Virus record (IMG/VR): IMGVR_UViG_3300028549_001461 | Span: 64,001-128,000 of that record | DNA length: 64,000 bases | Strand: one strand, 5' to 3' | Source: a virus | Shown here: piece after piece, positions 59,796 through 64,000 of the stretch | Layout: every line of letters starts with the position of its first letter | Position numbering within the stretch: the first letter of the stretch is position 1 | Notes under the pieces: generated by a model | What the model was told of the DNA's origin: nothing | The model's input: the letters and a program-made list of their open reading frames with translations, nothing else | The model's database searches: none | Position numbers and translations under genes: made by a program

Positions 59796-59824
59796 TTGCA
59801 TTTATAAAAAATAGTTAGTATAAT
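59796..59824 (+). promoter_or_regulatory. Sigma70-type promoter
   Basis: TTGCAT-17 nt-TATAAT. Confidence 0.55.
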
Positions 59825-59861
59825 TATATTAACAAAATAAAAATCAACCAAAGAGGTTATA

Positions 59862-60080
59862 ATGCATCTACAGATTTATAAAAATGATATATTAGCGATA
59901 CTTGGTTTTTTACTCTTACTTTTTTCTTTGCGAGGTCTGCTTACTATGGGTTATGTATATGAGTTAAACAAAGCAAAACTTCCTGTCGCAGATAAAGAAA
60001 AAATTGTTTTAAACAATACGGCGTATACTGTATTATCACTGTTTGTGTTTATTATTGCTATTAAATTTACTTTTAATTAA
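59862..60080 (+). CDS. Two-TM small membrane protein
   Basis: Two hydrophobic helices; GAGG RBS. Confidence 0.55.
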   Translation: MHLQIYKNDILAILGFLLLLFSLRGLLTMGYVYELNKAKLPVADKEKIVLNNTAYTVLSLFVFIIAIKFTFN

Positions 60081-60238
60081 CTAACCTAAAATAAGTATAT
60101 AAACATATTTTATTAAAAATAATTTAAGGATAACGACAATGAATAAGAACTACTCCAAAGGCTTTATTAGTTATAAAGAGGAAAAATCCTCAATGGGGTG
60201 GTTTATCTAGTCGTTAGAAACTAAATTTTTGTAAGTTT

Positions 60239-60274
60239 AAGGCGACTAGGGGGAAACTCTAAGTCGCCTTTTTT
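60239..60274 (+). terminator. Intrinsic terminator-like hairpin immediately before the tRNA cluster
   Basis: aaggcgactag...ctaagtcgcctt followed by a T run. Confidence 0.7.
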
Positions 60275-60276
60275 AT

Positions 60277-60349
60277 TGGTGGGTATTTCAGGTGGTAGAA
60301 AATCAGTCTCATAAGCTGAAAGTCGTCGGTTCGACTCCGTACTCACCAA
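60277..60349 (+). tRNA. tRNA-Met/Ile2 (anticodon CAT), weak T-stem
   Basis: tggtggg/ctcacca acceptor, tcagt-ctCATaa-gctga, TTCGACT T-loop. Confidence 0.8.
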
Positions 60350-60358
60350 AATAATTAA

Positions 60359-60430
60359 GGCTTTGTAACTCAGAGGTAGAGTGCTTCCCTGAAGAGGAAG
60401 AGGTCGATAACTCAAAATTATCCAAAGCCG
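60359..60430 (+). tRNA. tRNA-Phe (GAA), atypical T-loop
   Basis: ggctttg/caaagcc acceptor, cttcc-ctGAAga-ggaag, T-arm gataa-ctcaaaa-ttatc. Confidence 0.75.
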
Positions 60431-60439
60431 TATAGTTAA

Positions 60440-60512
60440 TGACCCATAGCTTAGTTGGTAGAGCAAGGAGCTTTTAACTCCGAGGTCGAGAGTTCAAATC
60501 TCTCTGGGTCAA
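60440..60512 (+). tRNA. tRNA-Lys (TTT)
   Basis: tgaccca/tgggtca acceptor, ggag-ctTTTaa-ctcc, gagag-ttcaaat-ctctc. Confidence 0.9.
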
Positions 60513-60515
60513 AAT

Positions 60516-60628
60516 ATGTAGTCGAGCCATTGCTGATAAGCGGTTTCCGCAGAGTACGAATGCAAGAAAAAGAATGTGCTTGGAGTAAACTATAGCGGGA
60601 TTAAAGAGACTGTGTCCGCCCACTACAT
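60516..60628 (+). ncRNA. Unassigned structured RNA within the tRNA array
   Basis: Closing helix atgtagt/actacat plus internal helices; GC-richer than flanks; no ORF. Confidence 0.5.
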
Positions 60629-60662
60629 TTTTATTGCTTTTTGTTTTTGTATATGTTATAAT

Positions 60663-60735
60663 GATGCCATAGTATAATGGTTAGTACACAAGACTTTCAA
60701 TCTTGTAACGGAGGGTTCAACTCCCCCTGGCACCA
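60663..60735 (+). tRNA. tRNA-Glu (TTC)
   Basis: gatgcca/tggcacc acceptor, caaga-ctTTCaa-tcttg, GGTTCAACTCC T-arm. Confidence 0.85.
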
Positions 60736-60740
60736 AATAA

Positions 60741-60826
60741 GGAGAATGTCAATAAGGTAAGCTGGGCTTACGGCGGACTGTAAATCCGCTCCCACAGGGC
60801 AAGTGGTTCGATTCCATCATTCTCCA
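60741..60826 (+). tRNA. tRNA-Tyr (GTA), non-canonical 8/4 fold
   Basis: ggagaatg/cattctcc, gcgga-ctGTAaa-tccgc, gtgg-ttcgatt-ccat. Confidence 0.8.
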
Positions 60827-60835
60827 CACTTTAAA

Positions 60836-60921
60836 GGAAAGCGTCCGGCTGGACGAGGAGCCTGTCTTGAAAACAGGTAGCGGCTTAAAAACCGTTTGGG
60901 GTTCGAGTCCCTAGCTTTCCG
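60836..60921 (+). tRNA. tRNA-Ser (TGA), long variable arm
   Basis: ggaaagc/gctttcc-G73, cctgt-ctTGAaa-acagg, tgggg-ttcgagt-cccta. Confidence 0.85.
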
Positions 60922-60924
60922 AAT

Positions 60925-61003
60925 GCGGGTAGATAAGCACTGGGTGCTAAGGGACCTTCCAAGTCTCGGTCTTTGACGTGGAGTTCGATTCTCCCTACCC
61001 GCT
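60925..61003 (+). tRNA. tRNA-Gly (TCC), non-canonical 8/4 fold with variable-arm hairpin
   Basis: gcgggtag/ctacccgc-U73, gggac-ctTCCaa-gtctc, ggag-ttcgatt-ctcc. Confidence 0.8.
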
Positions 61004-61029
61004 AATACTAAGCAAAACACGGAGGTTTA

Positions 61030-61467
61030 ATGAAGAAATTATTATTAACAACTTTTGTTTTATTTGCGTCTTACACCTCATGCATTGCCGCAGATAAAAA
61101 TTATGGTACATTTACTGGAGTTACCGTACTAAGTAACTACGATGGTGATACCCTTACAGTGAATATACCAGGAGTACCAGATATTATTGGTGATGCTATG
61201 TCTATTAGAGTAGCCGGAATTGACACTCCAGAAATGCGGGGAAAATGCGATAAAGAAAAAATGTTAGCCGAAGCCGCTAAAGAAGAGGTGCATATCATTG
61301 TAAGAGATTACCCAGTTGTAACATTAAATAATATGCGTAGAGATAAATACTTCAGAATTTTAGCTGATGTCGAAACTATTAAAGGAGACCTTGCTACTAT
61401 TTTACTTGACAAAGGTTTAGCAATAAGATATAATGGAGGCACAAAGGAACAAGAGTGGTGTGAATAA
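61030..61467 (+). CDS. Secreted thermonuclease (SNase-like)
   Basis: Signal peptide; YDGDT, IR..GIDTPE, DKY.R.LA, L...GLA. Confidence 0.9.
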   Translation: MKKLLLTTFVLFASYTSCIAADKNYGTFTGVTVLSNYDGDTLTVNIPGVPDIIGDAMSIRVAGIDTPEMRGKCDKEKMLAEAAKEEVHIIVRDYPVVTLNNMRRDKYFRILADVETIKGDLATILLDKGLAIRYNGGTKEQEWCE

Positions 61468-61577
61468 TGTTAATTATATTTTAAAGGCAATTATATTTAT
61501 TTTAATTATATTGCAAATAGTACATAGTAGTTGAAGTAGTCAATTAAGACTAGTATTTTTAATTAAAGGAGTTCACT

Positions 61578-62183
61578 ATGTTCGAACAATTGGGTATTAC
61601 ACGTAATGATGTATTCGCAGCGGCTAACACAAGAGAAGTAATTAAAACAGCTATAGTTAATAACAGAGATTCTCTACTAGGTATAGATGATGTTTCTTAC
61701 TTTTTTGCTATTTTAAAGGCATATACTCCTTCACAAATGTACGGAGTGCTAACACCTCAATATATAGCACATAAATTAGGTAATTTGAAAGCTATAACCA
61801 GTAAAGATAATCTTGATGGGGACTTTAAAATCCGCAACACTAATACAACTGTTGAAATGAAGACCACTTTTCTTAGCATTGACAACACGTATAATCTTGT
61901 ACAAGTAAGATTGTACGAAGACATTGATTTATTTTTCGTATGTGCTGTTGATAAATCTTATAATTTAAGTATGTTTGTTTTGACCAAAGCTCAGATGCAG
62001 CAAGAAGTTTCCTTATTGGGGTCTTCCGCTCATGTAAGTAGTAAATATATACTGGCTAATGTTAATATAGAATATCGTATCACATTACATACAAATAACT
62101 CTCATTGGTTACGTTGGATTAATACATACAGATTTGAAACTTTTGATTGTGTGAGGAATAAATTTGATAACTTTACAAAATAA
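61578..62183 (+). CDS. Putative restriction-endonuclease-like protein
   Basis: DGD........VEMK....N.VQ.R (PD-(D/E)xK-like); overlaps the downstream methylase. Confidence 0.5.
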   Translation: MFEQLGITRNDVFAAANTREVIKTAIVNNRDSLLGIDDVSYFFAILKAYTPSQMYGVLTPQYIAHKLGNLKAITSKDNLDGDFKIRNTNTTVEMKTTFLSIDNTYNLVQVRLYEDIDLFFVCAVDKSYNLSMFVLTKAQMQQEVSLLGSSAHVSSKYILANVNIEYRITLHTNNSHWLRWINTYRFETFDCVRNKFDNFTK

Positions 62184-62904
62184 TACAATTCAACTTATTA
62201 ATGGTGAATGTTTGGAGGAAATGTTTAGTCTTCCTAAAAATACTATAGACTTAATTTTAGTAGATTTACCCTACGGTACGACAAAAAATAAATGGGATGT
62301 TATTATACCTTTTGTTGATATGTGGCGGGCTTTTGAGCATGTCTTAAAAGCAGAGGGGCGTGTAGTATTAACCGCTGCACAACCATTCGCTAGTCAACTT
62401 ATTATGAGTAATCCTTCTTTATTTAAGTATGATTTAATATGGGAAAAAACTGTAGCATCAGGGCAATTAAACGTAAAAAAAATGCCTTTAAGGACTCATG
62501 AGTATATACTTATCTTTTATAAAAAATTTAATACTTACAATGAACAGAAAACAGAAGGCATACCATACAAGATTTCAAGAAAAGGAGACTATTCTGAAGG
62601 TTGTTATAATGGACAAAAAGCCAGCATTAAAAATAATAGTGGCTATAGGCACGCAAAAAGTGTTATCAAAATACCTAATCCAAGAATAAAGGGTGGTCAC
62701 CCCACTCAGAAACCTCTGGCACTTATGGTATACCTAGTAAACACTTTCTCAAACAAGGGTGATTTGGTTTTAGATTGTTGTATGGGTAGCGGTACTACTG
62801 GGGAAGCATGTATAGCTACTGGTAGAAGATTTGTAGGTATTGAATTAGATACTAACTATTTCAATGTTGCAAAAGATAGACTATCACAATTATACATTAT
62901 ATAA
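62164..62904 (+). CDS. N4/N6 DNA methyltransferase (beta class)
   Basis: DLILVDLPYG, HPTQKP..L, VLD..MGSGTT, GIE. Confidence 0.92.
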   Translation: MITLQNNTIQLINGECLEEMFSLPKNTIDLILVDLPYGTTKNKWDVIIPFVDMWRAFEHVLKAEGRVVLTAAQPFASQLIMSNPSLFKYDLIWEKTVASGQLNVKKMPLRTHEYILIFYKKFNTYNEQKTEGIPYKISRKGDYSEGCYNGQKASIKNNSGYRHAKSVIKIPNPRIKGGHPTQKPLALMVYLVNTFSNKGDLVLDCCMGSGTTGEACIATGRRFVGIELDTNYFNVAKDRLSQLYII

Positions 62905-62949
62905 AATATGTATGTTTAACAATTACTAATATTATATTGAGGTGGAATT

Positions 62950-63348
62950 ATGCTTGATACCTACACGTACAGTAGTCCTTCTACTAATTACGTACCTTAT
63001 GAAAAAACAGTGATAGAAAAAAAAGCTCCCACAGATGAGAGTATCCGTTTATATGGTGAATTTTTAGAAAAAGCCCGAAACTCTATATTTGATTCTTTTA
63101 GTGTGACCAGCACTACGTTAAATTTTTATATTACTATTTTTAGAGATCATCTCACTCTAAAAAATTATGCTGTTTATAAATTAAATTTAAATAACCAAGA
63201 ATTTATAAATAAAGTTGAATTATTTTCGTCATTTGATATTTCAGACCGAAGACAAGTTGTGAAAACAATTTTTAAAGCTATAGCTGAAGATATAGCTCTG
63301 CAGTTTGAAGATAAAATAGTTTATGAAATAAAAGGAAGTGGTTTATGA
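62950..63348 (+). CDS. Hypothetical protein
   Basis: 132 aa; E..APTDESIRL..E...KA motif; RBS present. Confidence 0.55.
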   Translation: MLDTYTYSSPSTNYVPYEKTVIEKKAPTDESIRLYGEFLEKARNSIFDSFSVTSTTLNFYITIFRDHLTLKNYAVYKLNLNNQEFINKVELFSSFDISDRRQVVKTIFKAIAEDIALQFEDKIVYEIKGSGL

Positions 63349-64000
63349 AAACAATTTCAATGACTGCATATAATAGACCAGATTATTTGGCGGCAACCTT
63401 GAATGACTTAACAAAAAACGACCCTTATGATTGGCATTTCTTTATAAGTGTTGACCCTTCAGATAAAACAGAACAGATTTTAAGAGTTCTTAACAAAGAA
63501 TATGGTTTCGCTTCAAAAACCATTATCGTAAATCCACAAAGAAAAGATCATCGTAGAAATCAACATGATGCTATAGCTAAGGCTTTTGATACAGGTTCAA
63601 CATTTAATCTCCATTTTGATGATGACCTCTTTATTTCTCCAGATGCTTTAGAATTAGCTAATTATTATGAAAGAACTTTTAAAGATAAACCTTTAACTTT
63701 TAATAGTTATGGTTTATTTAATTATGATAGTAATCCTAATGAACCTAGTAAGTTAATTTCTAGAGTAGGCACCTTTACAGGGTTAGGCTGGATGTGTTTT
63801 AGAGAGGGGTTCGAGAAAGTTTTTAACCCAAATTGGTTTTATGATGGGTTAGCTTTAAAAATTTTTGGTTCTTATGGTTGGGACTGGTCAGTGGCTGCTT
63901 GGTGTAAACAAAATAACTTATCTGAAATTTATCCAGCCTTTTCAAGAACAAATCATCGTGGCAGAGAGTGTGGTACTTGTTGTAGTTATGAGTGGCATGA
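63345..64000 (+). CDS. GT-A fold glycosyltransferase, 3' truncated by the window edge
   Basis: MKTISMTAYNRPDYL...ISVD...HFDDDL..SPD...GW...WD; open to the window end. Confidence 0.75.
   Translation, partial: MKTISMTAYNRPDYLAATLNDLTKNDPYDWHFFISVDPSDKTEQILRVLNKEYGFASKTIIVNPQRKDHRRNQHDAIAKAFDTGSTFNLHFDDDLFISPDALELANYYERTFKDKPLTFNSYGLFNYDSNPNEPSKLISRVGTFTGLGWMCFREGFEKVFNPNWFYDGLALKIFGSYGWDWSVAAWCKQNNLSEIYPAFSRTNHRGRECGTCCSYEWH

Noticed and set aside
60533-60560. Hammerhead ribozyme (ctgataa-gcggtttccgc-agag)
   Set aside because: The core needs CUGANGA and GAAA; here it is CUGAUAA and AGAG, so it does not fit the consensus.
60634-60662. Sigma70 promoter (TTGCTT-17-TATAAT) for tRNA-Glu
   Set aside because: The -10 box abuts the tRNA 5' end, so initiation would fall inside the tRNA. 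It could serve only downstream tRNAs or be a chance AT-rich match.
60836-60921. Selenocysteine or opal suppressor tRNA
   Set aside because: The anticodon is TGA (reads UCA, Ser), not TCA, and the fold is 7/5 with G73.
60221-61020. Minus-strand ORFs of 81 and 67 aa
   Set aside because: These are antisense translations of tRNA genes.
1-64000. Stop-codon reassignment
   Set aside because: Conserved genes are full length in code 11, TAA, TAG and TGA all end genes at operon junctions, and no suppressor anticodon was seen.

Overview
A 64-kb, AT-rich (roughly 30% GC by eye) segment of what is almost certainly a large (jumbo/huge) tailed phage genome, read in standard code 11. It has two blocks of large virion-like proteins (1-11.7 kb on +, 39.4-49.7 kb on -) built from beta-propeller, beta-helix and DUF2341/LamG-like modules. 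A bacterial-style replication/recombination cluster encodes a beta clamp, RecA, DnaB, DnaG, an SSB-like protein, RuvC, a DnaX-like clamp loader and a family A polymerase. Also present are nucleotide metabolism genes (ThyX, NUDIX, dUTPase, class II RNR), glycosyl- and methyltransferases, DnaJ and DnaK, two methylase/nuclease pairs, envelope/protease genes and a seven-tRNA cluster. The most notable signals are: (1) a PurZ-signature 2-aminoadenine synthetase directly followed by an RlmN/Cfr-like radical SAM enzyme lacking the resolving cysteine, in the same run as a Dam-like methylase and nuclease, which may be a new purine-modification system; (2) two tRNAs (Tyr, Gly) folding as non-canonical 8/4 cloverleafs, plus an unexplained structured RNA in the tRNA array; (3) a PolA with a perfect QLSLF clamp-binding motif in its thumb; (4) strong TxSG enrichment in virion proteins alongside phage glycosyltransferases; (5) nested domain insertions in the DUF2341 fibre family. 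Family assignments come from recognised motifs, not database searches.
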